From: an uncultured Candidatus Saccharibacteria bacterium | GTDB taxonomy: Bacteria > Patescibacteriota > Minisyncoccia > Phycocordibacterales > SBAW01 | Assembly: GCA_964566795.1 (NCBI GenBank) | Contig: CAZMIU010000001.1 | Location: 214,789-278,788 of the forward strand | Direction of reading: 5' to 3' | DNA: 64,000 nucleotides | Shown: positions 1 to 8,615 of the stretch, piece after piece | How positions within the stretch are numbered: the stretch's first letter is position 1 | Layout of the letters: each line of letters begins with the position of its first letter | Notes under the pieces: generated by a model | Seen by the model: only the letters and a program-made list of their open reading frames with translations | Database searches by the model: none | Told to the model about the DNA's origin: nothing | Translations under genes and position numbers: made by a program

Positions 1-283
1 CGGCCAGATCCTTAACCCCGTCGTTGTCGTTGTCGATAGTATCCAGACACTGCGGCAAGGGGCCGGGCTCGGTCGGCTCGCCGGAGTTGCAGTAGTCGTT
101 CTGCGGATTAAACGGTAGGTCTGGGCCCAGTTGCTGGTCTACATAGCAGATAATCTGCTCTGCCATAGTCGCGGCCTGTGCCTGTTGCACAGACGCAGAC
201 AGCGCAAACCCAAACAGGGACGCAACAAGCGCCAGCGCTGCAAGCACGCTTGTGGTCTTGAGTAGTAATGGATGCGTGTTCAT
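1..283 (-). CDS. Secreted Cys/Asp-repeat (Ca-binding-like) protein, N-terminal part only (runs off window); paralogue of 12443..13882
   Basis: Manual translation from ATG at 283: MNTHPLLLKTTSVLAALALVASLFGFALSASVQQAQAATMAEQIICYVDQ...PQCLDTIDNDNDGVKDLA; signal peptide plus CxDxxDNDxDG repeat. Confidence 0.8.
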   Translation of the reverse strand, partial: MNTHPLLLKTTSVLAALALVASLFGFALSASVQQAQAATMAEQIICYVDQQLGPDLPFNPQNDYCNSGEPTEPGPLPQCLDTIDNDNDGVKDLA

Positions 284-409
284 ATACTGATACCTAAGCT
301 CTTAAAAGTAATACGCGCCCTGCATACAGGTGCCGCTACGACCAGTATGGTCACAGGCCGCTGAACCGAGTATGAAAGATTCACTGCCAAAATTTCAGGT
401 GCGCTACAG

Positions 410-440
410 AAAACACCGCCCCCAACCGGGGCGGTGTTTT
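410..440 (-). terminator. Intrinsic terminator after 451..957
   Basis: AAAACACCGCCCC-N5-GGGGCGGTGTTTT inverted repeat. Confidence 0.75.
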
Positions 441-450
441 GATGCGGGAG

Positions 451-957
451 TTATATAAACCAGTTTAGGATGCTGGCAAAAAAGGTTTGTACTGCCAATA
501 CAATAGATGCGCCCAGTGTCAGCTCTTCTTTAACAGGAGTCGTTGACGCAGGCTCGGCTACCGCCACAGAGGTGGACGCACCAGGCTCTGTAGATACATC
601 AGCTGCAGGTATCACCCTCTGCTCGATCACTTTGCCGTTTGCCTCGTCCTTTATATCTACTGTTGTGGCCTTAGGGGTTGCCTGCACGCGCACCTCAACA
701 TTAGACGAGGTGGAGGTATAGGTCTCCTCGTGTACCTCGCCGTTGGCGTTTGTCTTTATATAGATGCTCGAGGTCGAGGAGCCCGAGACATTGCTGGTCG
801 AGACAGACGCAGAGGTTGCTCCGGTGCTAACAACCCCGCCCGGGCCCACCGTGTTGCCGCCGGTTTGGGACGAGGCGCTGGTGTGGCTCTGTATATCGGC
901 GCTGGCAAAAGCCGGCAGAGCCAGAGCAACAATGGTTGTAACAATGAGTGCGCGCAT
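451..957 (-). CDS. Secreted Ser/Thr-rich protein with one NTG/TG beta-repeat and a C-terminal hydrophobic tail
   Basis: Start re-assigned to MRALIVTTIVALALPAFASA (signal peptide, TACACT 8 nt upstream); SQTGGNTVGPGGVVSTGA motif; ends FFASILNWFI. Confidence 0.75.
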   Translation of the reverse strand: MRALIVTTIVALALPAFASADIQSHTSASSQTGGNTVGPGGVVSTGATSASVSTSNVSGSSTSSIYIKTNANGEVHEETYTSTSSNVEVRVQATPKATTVDIKDEANGKVIEQRVIPAADVSTEPGASTSVAVAEPASTTPVKEELTLGASIVLAVQTFFASILNWFI

Positions 958-1003
958 ATCAGGGTAGTGTACTGCCCTGCCCCTGCCTGTATACAGCGGG
1001 GGT

Positions 1004-3790
1004 CTACAGAGCAGGCGTGCCGCAGGCAATAGTGCGGATCTTCTTTATCGTCATGCCTCCTACCGTGCCTGTGGGGTTTGCCAGGCCAATGGGTGTCAGG
1101 ATGTCGGCAGCGTAGGTCTTCTGGAAGGTGTTAACCGCTGCGCGGGTCATCGGGCCAAAGAAGCCGGTCGGAGGCAGCGTTGTGGCCTGGTGCGCGTTGA
1201 GGAAGTTCTGCAGCTTTACAACCTCGGGGTTGGTCATGCCGTAGCGCAGGGTCTGGCTCACAGCCAGGCTGCAGTCTATGGCCGCACCCAACACCGCGCC
1301 CGCACCGCCAAGCGACACGGTAGCCTCGCCCGATATAGGGTCAAACGGCTTGCCCTGTGTGCCCGAGCTAAAGCGCTTGCCGGTTATCGTGGCCTTGTTG
1401 CGGTAGGAGCCGGGCACGGTCGATGTGGCAAACTCGACAGAGTAGGTGAGCGTAATCTGCTCGCCGGCATCCATGGGGCCAATGTCCCACGAGCGCTCGT
1501 ACAAGACACTGCCAGTCGGGTCGTAGAGCACATCAGAGAGCTTGCCGTCGTACAGCGGGCCGGCCTTCTCAAGGTTGGTTATAACGACCTTGTAGTCGAC
1601 CAGTGCAGGCGTGGTTGTGCTTACGCGCACCACCTCCTTGACCACCGATATGTCGGGGTTTTTGCCGGAGGCAACCGCAACCGCCAGGTTGGACGAGGCC
1701 TTAATCTTGCCACTCTTGCCACCACCCCCGCCGCCACCGCCACCTCCGCCGCCGCCAGACGCAGGCGGAGCCTGCACCTCGACAGTTGCGATAGTAAACG
1801 ATGCTTCTGCGTTGCTGCCGTTGCCGTCGCTCAGCGCGGTAACCGCCACAGGGACAGTCACGCCGGTGCCCGCCGGTATATCGCCCACGGTTGCCGGATA
1901 GGTAAATGTCTCAGACTCGCCGCGGTGTACGGTGGGCAGGCGCCACTCCCGGCCCGTATCGGTGCTGTCGCCCTCTGTGTCGGCAAAGGCGAGTTTGCTC
2001 TTGTCGTAGTCGGCCTTAAGCACAATGTCGTCTGCATCGCGGTCGCCGTTGTTGGTGATAGTAAACTCGTACGCGATAGTACTGCCCGGCGCTACTGCCG
2101 CCGGAGCAACCGTCTTGGCCGAGAGCGCAAGCGCCGACTTGCCAAACGAGATGTCGCCGTTCCAGTTGCCCAGCACGTTAAACAGGGCAAAGATCCAGTT
2201 GCGGCCCACAATGTTGGTGTTGATGATGTTGACCAGATTGGCAATAGCGTAGGCGTCACCCGAGATAATATGCGACGTACCATCCTCGGTCACGGTCAGG
2301 TTGCGGCCCGTGTTGGCACCCACATCTATGTCGTTCTCGACAACTGCGCTATTGGTAGAGGAGGCCACCATGGTCGAGGAGTTGTAGCAGTTGTTGATAG
2401 GACCCTCGTCCTCGTCACAGTTGGCCACAGCAGCGCTCTCCGGGTGTTGCAGGCCCTCCGGGTCGCCCTCGGTCGCATCCTCCAAAGAGTCCTCGTTGGT
2501 TACAAGTACCAAGGTTGAGGTAGAGGTGACGCCTGCCGGAGTAGTGGACACATCGTACATCTTAAGGAAGTTCAGCCCCTCAGGAAGTGACTTGGCCGTG
2601 CCCATCCACTCGCCCGCGACACGGAACATAAAGAAGGCCGACGTGCCGCCGACATAATTCTTGTTCATATCGGTAAACTCGGTCGACTGGCTGTATGCGT
2701 CGCCTGTCATCACGACACCGCTGCCCTCGCCCGTTGTCGAGGCCATGTTCTCGCCCGTATTGGCGTTGGTAAGCACGTCGCCGGTGGTGGTGCCGTAGTT
2801 CTCATTATTTATGAGTGCATAGCTGGAGTTCATCTCCGGGGCCGAGCCGCCGCGTGCAAAAAGGTCTACAAAGAAGCTGCCTCCCGGGAGCGTAATGTCG
2901 CCATCCAGGTCGCCAAAGTTGTTGAAGGCGACCATCAGGTAGCTCGAGTTGATGATGTTGGTGTTAACTAGGTTGACCACGTTGGCACCGGCATACGCGT
3001 CGCCGGATGTAATCTCCGCATCGCCATCGCCCGAGGTGGTTGCGGTGTTGCCGCCCGCATCGGCGCGCACAATAACCGTGTTGGTTACAGTAGCGGTATT
3101 GCCGCTCTCTACCAAAAGGTTGGATGAGTTAAGGCAGGTAAGCAAGGTGCACTGCTCTTCGCCCGTCTCCGGGTTTACTGTCGGAGATGAGCCCGCCTCC
3201 CCGTCAAAAAAGTAGGAGAGGTTGTAGTCGCGCAAGTCAAGCCCGGTACTAAACATCTGGTTGAGGAAGATAATGAGGCCGGTGGAGTTAAAGATGTTGG
3301 TGTTAATAAGGTTGATGACATTGGCAAATGCAAAGGCGCCGCCGGTTACTACCGTTGCCGTGCCCTGCCCGCCCTGGGCAACGTTGTCGCCTGTAGATGC
3401 GGTTGAGGTCGAGAAGTTGGCTACCAGCGCCTCGTTAGATGAGGTGGCGTGGATCTCAGAGGAATTGGTGCACTGCTTGTCGGAGTCCGGGGAGAGCGGG
3501 TCGCAGGCGGCGTCCGGGTCTACGTTGTTGGTGTTAAGCGTGTCCTCTACCGAGGTAGACGCGTACGCGTTGCCTGTGTTGATGGTGCCGCCCACATCGT
3601 GCTGGCCGCCGGTGCCATCGGAGGATGTCGCAATAACCTGGCCGGAATTGGCGCCATTCTCGCCGTCTGGTGTCACCACATCCTCATTGTCTGCACGCAC
3701 CGGCGCCACAAAGGCAAACAAAACTACAAAAAGTAAAGAGAGGGCGAAGGAGATAAAGAATGCCTTGCGGGATGTGTGTGTATGTGTCAT
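1004..3790 (-). CDS. Large secreted repeat protein: about 4.5 Asn/Thr/Gly beta-repeats, two DUF11-like Ig domains and a C-terminal peptidoglycan-binding domain
   Basis: Signal peptide; repeats NSS..NTGxN..(T/S)GDAYA..NxxNTN; DUF11-like YEFTITNNG and YKVVITN; PG-binding LRYGMTNPEVVKLQNFLN..TGFFGPMTRAAVNTFQ. Confidence 0.85.
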   Translation of the reverse strand: MTHTHTSRKAFFISFALSLLFVVLFAFVAPVRADNEDVVTPDGENGANSGQVIATSSDGTGGQHDVGGTINTGNAYASTSVEDTLNTNNVDPDAACDPLSPDSDKQCTNSSEIHATSSNEALVANFSTSTASTGDNVAQGGQGTATVVTGGAFAFANVINLINTNIFNSTGLIIFLNQMFSTGLDLRDYNLSYFFDGEAGSSPTVNPETGEEQCTLLTCLNSSNLLVESGNTATVTNTVIVRADAGGNTATTSGDGDAEITSGDAYAGANVVNLVNTNIINSSYLMVAFNNFGDLDGDITLPGGSFFVDLFARGGSAPEMNSSYALINNENYGTTTGDVLTNANTGENMASTTGEGSGVVMTGDAYSQSTEFTDMNKNYVGGTSAFFMFRVAGEWMGTAKSLPEGLNFLKMYDVSTTPAGVTSTSTLVLVTNEDSLEDATEGDPEGLQHPESAAVANCDEDEGPINNCYNSSTMVASSTNSAVVENDIDVGANTGRNLTVTEDGTSHIISGDAYAIANLVNIINTNIVGRNWIFALFNVLGNWNGDISFGKSALALSAKTVAPAAVAPGSTIAYEFTITNNGDRDADDIVLKADYDKSKLAFADTEGDSTDTGREWRLPTVHRGESETFTYPATVGDIPAGTGVTVPVAVTALSDGNGSNAEASFTIATVEVQAPPASGGGGGGGGGGGGGKSGKIKASSNLAVAVASGKNPDISVVKEVVRVSTTTPALVDYKVVITNLEKAGPLYDGKLSDVLYDPTGSVLYERSWDIGPMDAGEQITLTYSVEFATSTVPGSYRNKATITGKRFSSGTQGKPFDPISGEATVSLGGAGAVLGAAIDCSLAVSQTLRYGMTNPEVVKLQNFLNAHQATTLPPTGFFGPMTRAAVNTFQKTYAADILTPIGLANPTGTVGGMTIKKIRTIACGTPAL

Positions 3791-3886
3791 GTCGTTGTGA
3801 GTTAATGCCCTCTCTGAAGTCTCGTATGTCTAGCACATACAAGGCCTCATGAGAAGGGGGAACGTGAGTTCCCCAATCTCTTTAAA

Positions 3887-4579
3887 CTAGATGCGAACGC
3901 GGAGGAAGTTGGTGTTGAGAACGTTGACTGCACCCGAGTTCGTAGTCGAGTTGCCAGTGCGTACCTCGCCGCCTACGCCACCTGCGCCACCATGGCCGCC
4001 TGCACCGCCGGTACCAGAGGTTGCATCGCCGTTGTTGGAGCCAGCAGCCTTGGTTGCAGAACCAGAGTTGCCACCCTCCTCGCCATCGCCGCCAGTCGAG
4101 CCGACTGCTGCGTTAAGGCCAGTAGATGCAAGAGCAGTGGTAGTCTCGTTGATGTTACCAGCGTTAGCCTGTGCTGCGACTGCCGACGAGCTGTTGAGGC
4201 CGCCGTTTACGCGAACACGGGTGTTGTTGCTGTTAGCAGTGTTGATTGCACCAGCGTCTGCCGAGGCAGAGCCGGTTACAACCAAGCCGCCTGCACCGCC
4301 GTTGCCGCCGTTGCCGCCGGAACCTGCGTTGCCTGAGGTTGCATTACCCTGGCTGCCGCTGTTTACAGAGGAGCCCGAGTTGCCACCCTCATCGCCATCG
4401 CCGCCAGTCGAGCCACCTGCCAAGTTGAGGCCGGTGTTCGAGATGGCAGAGGTGTTGCTCGTTACGTTACCCGAGTTCGAGTTGCTGATAACGAGGGAGC
4501 TGCTGTTGACTGCTGCGAGGGCCGGAGTCGCGGTTGCGAGCATGCCGAGCGCAGTGAGTGCTGCAAGAGTTTTCTTCAT
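3887..4579 (-). CDS. Secreted Gly/Asn/Ser/Ala-rich protein with two beta-repeats (candidate major fibre subunit)
   Basis: MKKTLAALTALGMLATATPALA signal peptide; two long internal repeats with Gly-rich loops; long structured 5' region. Confidence 0.85.
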   Translation of the reverse strand: MKKTLAALTALGMLATATPALAAVNSSSLVISNSNSGNVTSNTSAISNTGLNLAGGSTGGDGDEGGNSGSSVNSGSQGNATSGNAGSGGNGGNGGAGGLVVTGSASADAGAINTANSNNTRVRVNGGLNSSSAVAAQANAGNINETTTALASTGLNAAVGSTGGDGEEGGNSGSATKAAGSNNGDATSGTGGAGGHGGAGGVGGEVRTGNSTTNSGAVNVLNTNFLRVRI

Positions 4580-4783
4580 ATACTTTCTTTCAGAATTAAT
4601 TAATTGTTTATAAACCCGGCATCCTGCCTCCGTACGGCAAGCATGATGCGCGGTGCATCGACCAGCGTGTGAGCCACAAGCCTTTCAGCGTGCAGCCCAC
4701 GGCACAGCCAGCACTAATAGTGCGGACTATGCTCTGAACTCCACATGAATTCCCCATCTAAATGAACTTGTATTTCAAGAAAC

Positions 4784-4820
4784 AAAAAACGCGAAGCCCG
4801 CCCACGGCGGATACCTCGCT
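4784..4820 (-). terminator. Hairpin plus U-tract inside the long leader of 3887..4579 (terminator or attenuator)
   Basis: Minus strand GCGAGG-TAT-CCGCC-GTG-GGCGG-GC-TTCGC-G-TTTTTT. Confidence 0.45.
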
Positions 4821-5061
4821 TGTCTACACTGCTGTGTATTGTCGTGCGGTCATATACCTAACCGCTGGTTTCCCTGCACAACAGGTGCAAAACTGTCGCG
4901 CACAGGAATTATCCTACCGCCCTATAGGCGCGTCAATGCAAAAGCAGGCAAAAAACCCACTGCGCATACACAAAACGCGCCTGTCAAAATTGACAAGCGC
5001 GATTAATTAAGACATCACGTGCTTTTTCGTATAAAAATGTCTGGCGATTTATACTGTACAA

Positions 5062-5176
5062 CAGGAGTACGATTTTGGAGAGGGCCCAAGTCCTAGGGAA
5101 ACCAGCGAAAAGCTGTCGGACACGGGCCCACTCCAGAATCTTACGCGCTCAAACACTCCCCATAGGAGATGAGCGG
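5062..5176 (+). ncRNA. Candidate structured small RNA of unknown family
   Basis: TATACT at 5050-5055; long stem GATTTTGGAG/CTCCAGAATC, GGGCCC/GGGCCC, GTCC/GGAC closing GG-GAAA-CC and AGC-GAAAA-GCT hairpins; second hairpin CGCTCA/TGAGCG. Confidence 0.45.
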
Positions 5177-5200
5177 ATACTACTGGAGCTTGCACGTCTG

Positions 5201-6226
5201 TCAATCTTGAGCGGGCTCCCCTTCTTGTGGTGTAGCTTGCTCCTGAGGCGCCTCAGGCTCTTGCAGAGCCTCGGTCTTAGGCTCTTGCAAAGACTCCGGC
5301 TGCGGCTCCTCAACCTGCAGCGGTTCTAGCTCTACAACAGGGGGCTCCTCTTGTATAGCCGGCGGCGTTGTTGACGCCTGCTCGCCCAACACCTCGCCGC
5401 TTTGCCCATGAGTCTTAGTCGTAGTTGCTGTTGTCGTTGCCGTGTCGTCTAAAGCCGGCTGCGCAAAACTTTCTATACTAAACGGGTTTACAAACGGGAC
5501 CACGGGCATGGGCGCCCATGTTGTTGCGGCAAGCAGGTTGCCCGAGGTGTACTCTTGGTCGGCAAACAGTGCCAACGTGTGCCCCGCGTACGTAAGGCCA
5601 AACACCACTGCCAGCATGAGCGACACTGCCGCTCCTATGCTGCCGCCGTGTTTTTGTGTCCGCCGCTGCACCGTACCCACAACAAACATGTCGTCCATAG
5701 TGCGCACGCGCGCGTAGCGCACAACACGCTGTGGCTTGGGCTGCCGCGCACCCCTAAGCGCCTGCCACAGCGCCACAGACTCATCGACAATAACCATAAG
5801 CGCCGGCAAACCAATAAGGAGCGCAAAGCCCAGGGGTTGGCGCGCAAAGTGGAGTACAAACCCGGCGTAAGGCACGGTTAGCCACACCTTGCCTACAACT
5901 TTCTGCGCCGCCGCCACCTGGCTGTCCGGCTCCTCGTTGGCGTCGCCTTTGGTGGTGTACCCCGCCTCTCCCTGCGCCACAATGCGGTGCGTGGTGGGTA
6001 CGCGCTTACCGTCGTTAAATGTAATGACATCGCCCACCTGGTAGTGCGCGGCGGGCTTTATAAACACCAGGGCCCCCACAGGTATGGCAGGCTCCATAGA
6101 GCCCGACTGCACAATTTTTGACTCGATACCCCCCGGTATAGGCAGCATGCTCGACATAAACACTGCGCCCACAGCAAGCAGCGCCAGGGTTATAAACAAC
6201 TGGAGTATCTGGGTAAGCCGTTTCAT
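5201..6226 (-). CDS. sipW: SipW-type (S26B) signal peptidase I with a C-terminal SipW-cognate-like signal and acidic Pro/Glu tail
   Basis: VQSGSMEP (catalytic Ser), GDVITF, TTHRIV (His), TKGDANEEPD motifs. Confidence 0.9.
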   Translation of the reverse strand: MKRLTQILQLFITLALLAVGAVFMSSMLPIPGGIESKIVQSGSMEPAIPVGALVFIKPAAHYQVGDVITFNDGKRVPTTHRIVAQGEAGYTTKGDANEEPDSQVAAAQKVVGKVWLTVPYAGFVLHFARQPLGFALLIGLPALMVIVDESVALWQALRGARQPKPQRVVRYARVRTMDDMFVVGTVQRRTQKHGGSIGAAVSLMLAVVFGLTYAGHTLALFADQEYTSGNLLAATTWAPMPVVPFVNPFSIESFAQPALDDTATTTATTTKTHGQSGEVLGEQASTTPPAIQEEPPVVELEPLQVEEPQPESLQEPKTEALQEPEAPQEQATPQEGEPAQD

Positions 6227-6229
6227 ATA

Positions 6230-7168
6230 TTAGCGGTTGCGGGTTGGGACACTGCGGTCGGTGCGAACCTGCGGGCCAGCCTGCACCGGCGGCGGGAAGC
6301 CGTTGGGGCACTCGGTAGTGTAGCGGGGCAGCGGCCAGCCAAAGGTGGCAACTGTTTTGCACTTAACAAACAGGCCTATTTGCTCGCCGAGCCCCGGGGT
6401 TTTGGGCGTGGTGGTTGCCGGCTCGCCGCCCAAGCTGCACAAAAATGTGGGCTGCTCAGAGGCCACCGCCGCCTGGAGCCCCACATTGACAGAAAATGAG
6501 TCGCTCTGGGCCACGTTGCCGAGTGCCGAGCCGTCGCAACTTATCTGTGCGGTGGGCACGTTTACCGAGAGGTTGCCGGCACACCAGGCAATGCCTACAT
6601 ACTTGGTAACACCCGCGGGTATGGGCACGCCAGAGCCCGCATCGGCAAGCGCGTAGGTTGTAGATGCGAGCACTGTGGCAGCACTTTGCACTCCGGTGCC
6701 AAACAGCGGCTGCTCCCCCACCTCAAACACGTTGTCGCCGTCGTCACGCCAGGAAAAGAACTCCATGCCCTCTGCAAGCTCTCCTTTGTCTGCCGGGATG
6801 CTGGCATCGACCGGGTCCTCGGGCTCGTTCTCGCCGTTTTCCAAGCTGATGAGGTTGCTAAACTGCAGGCACATCCATGCGGGTTTGTTTACATGGAGGC
6901 TAATGGTGCTGTTGCCTTGGTCGCCCGGCATGATGTTTGAGAAGTTAAAGAACTTGTCTACACCGGGCACCAGGTTTTTTAGGTCCCACGTGGCCGCGGG
7001 TACAGGTAAGCCGTTGTAGCTGGCTTTGCTGTCGAGCTCTAGGCTAAAGCCGTTTGGCGCGGCAAAGGTTATGCCGGGTGCGGCCTGCGCGAGCAGGGCG
7101 AGGGAGCCCACTAGCACCAGCGTGGTGCCAATGAGTCCTACGTGCTTGAGCGTGCGTGCCAAGTGCAT
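6230..7168 (-). CDS. TasA/CalY-like secreted protein (ordinary signal peptide)
   Basis: FFNFSNIMPGDQGNSTISLHV and WCAG..ISCDGS..NVAQSDS core shared with the two upstream TasA-like genes. Confidence 0.75.
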   Translation of the reverse strand: MHLARTLKHVGLIGTTLVLVGSLALLAQAAPGITFAAPNGFSLELDSKASYNGLPVPAATWDLKNLVPGVDKFFNFSNIMPGDQGNSTISLHVNKPAWMCLQFSNLISLENGENEPEDPVDASIPADKGELAEGMEFFSWRDDGDNVFEVGEQPLFGTGVQSAATVLASTTYALADAGSGVPIPAGVTKYVGIAWCAGNLSVNVPTAQISCDGSALGNVAQSDSFSVNVGLQAAVASEQPTFLCSLGGEPATTTPKTPGLGEQIGLFVKCKTVATFGWPLPRYTTECPNGFPPPVQAGPQVRTDRSVPTRNR

Positions 7169-7174
7169 TGTGGG

Positions 7175-8527
7175 TTAGGGTGTCGGGATGCCGCAGTGGA
7201 GAGCCTCTATGGCGTCTAAGTCGTATGCGTCTGCATCGTTGGGAAACAAGGCTACGTTGCTTGCGTCGGTAATGCGCACGTATTGCGCCCATGCCAAACC
7301 AGATGAGCTTATGTCTATCTCTGCGTCGCGGGTGTACACACCTGCAACCGGTTGGTATGTGACGCCGTTTTGGCTGACCTCAACGGTTATCTTTTCGTCC
7401 GGATATACGCCGCCGGTGACCTCGTACACTTTCAGATCGGCTCCAACCTCATCAAGCACGACGTTGTCGCCAAAGTTAAGCACTACGCTGCCGTGTGGAG
7501 GCCCGCCCGGCTTAAACCCAAGGCTCAGGAACGAGCTTGCAGGAAACCCTACGTCAGACGCAGCACCACTTGTCTGAGGAGCGCCAGTGGCAGCGGCAAT
7601 AACCGAGCGGTTTGCGAGCACTGCTGCCCCACTCTTTTGCGTACCCTGGCTTAGATCATTGCCGGAATCAGCATACTTTTGATTGCCCGTGCACTCGCCA
7701 AAGGTTGGGGTATCGTCCTCGACACAGACAAAGCTGTCGTTGTTGCGGGACTGCACCGCGCTAAACGCAATGTCTGCGGTAAGCGAGTCGGTTTGGGTGG
7801 TGTTGTTAAGCCCCGAGCCGTCGCATGATATGCCGCCGGAGGAGTTGGCGGGTGACTGCGGGCTGTTGATACCAAGCCCATCCTGCGCAAGCGGAGCGAG
7901 CGTAAGCGTGCCAAAGCACCACGCCTTGCCAATGTAGTGCGCCCATCCTCCCTGTACGGGGCCCGGAGCCTGACCTGGGTTCCAGATGTTGAGCGTGCTG
8001 TCGGCAAGCGTAACTGTGGTAGTGACCCCAAGCGTGAGCGCACCTATGGGGCCCTGCGATATGGGCGCCTCGTCGCTCTCCAACACGTTGTCGCCGTCGT
8101 CTGCCCACCAGACAAAGTTGACCTCGCCCGCAAGCTCGCCCTGCCCTGCGCCGTCGGTTGCGTCGCCGTCCAGACTCTCGGGCTCGTTTATGCCGTTGTC
8201 GTCGTTGCTGGTGAGCGATATGTCGGCACACAGGTAGGAGTCGTTTGTCTCGACAAAGAGCCCAATGGTGTCCTCGCCCCAGTCGCCGGGCTTGAGGTCG
8301 GCAAAGTCAAAAAACTTTTGCATCACCAGGTCGGCAAAGTCCCACGATGTTGCGGGCGAGGGGGCGCCGTTGTAGTAGCTTTCGTTGGCTACGGTTAGGT
8401 TTATCTCGCCTGCGGCAAAGATGTTGGCGACCGATGTCTCGCTGTCGCTAAAAAATGCGCTTGTACCCGCAACCAGCACGGTGCCCGCGAGCAGAACGGA
8501 ACCAAGGCTGAGCAGTATGCTTTTCAT
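7175..8527 (-). CDS. TasA-family protein with SipW-dependent signal peptide and C-terminal beta-sandwich domain
   Basis: GTSAFFSDSETSVANIFAAGEINL signal; FFDFADLKPGDWGEDTI; C-terminal SLGF..VVLNF..D..GADLKVYE. Confidence 0.85.
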   Translation of the reverse strand: MKSILLSLGSVLLAGTVLVAGTSAFFSDSETSVANIFAAGEINLTVANESYYNGAPSPATSWDFADLVMQKFFDFADLKPGDWGEDTIGLFVETNDSYLCADISLTSNDDNGINEPESLDGDATDGAGQGELAGEVNFVWWADDGDNVLESDEAPISQGPIGALTLGVTTTVTLADSTLNIWNPGQAPGPVQGGWAHYIGKAWCFGTLTLAPLAQDGLGINSPQSPANSSGGISCDGSGLNNTTQTDSLTADIAFSAVQSRNNDSFVCVEDDTPTFGECTGNQKYADSGNDLSQGTQKSGAAVLANRSVIAAATGAPQTSGAASDVGFPASSFLSLGFKPGGPPHGSVVLNFGDNVVLDEVGADLKVYEVTGGVYPDEKITVEVSQNGVTYQPVAGVYTRDAEIDISSSGLAWAQYVRITDASNVALFPNDADAYDLDAIEALHCGIPTP

Positions 8528-8615
8528 CGCTTGTAAAAATGAGCTTATAAGGCGCCGGGTTCCCCTCCAGCCCGCCCAGCACGAGTTGCCTCATGCTGGG
8601 TACGGCTTGATAGGA

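Noticed and set aside
1190-2518. 442-aa plus-strand ORF and many similar antisense ORFs (e.g. 3891..4613, 52689..54158, 62692..63483)
   Set aside because: Shadow frames opposite well-supported genes in GC-rich DNA, with no recognisable motifs
4762-5010. 82-aa ORF and 5075..5329 ORF in the long intergenic region
   Set aside because: No motifs or typical codon pattern; they overlap structured non-coding signals
5062-5176. SRP RNA, RNase P or riboswitch identity for the structured RNA
   Set aside because: Lacks the SRP CAGG/AGCA loop geometry, the RNase P GAGGAAAGUCC signature and the c-di-GMP-I GCAAA..GCAAAG pattern
5201-5203. Alternative genetic code (TGA recoded, as in Gracilibacteria/Absconditabacteria)
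   Set aside because: TGA terminates well-defined genes here, conserved ORFs are not interrupted by TGA, and tRNA-Trp has CCA
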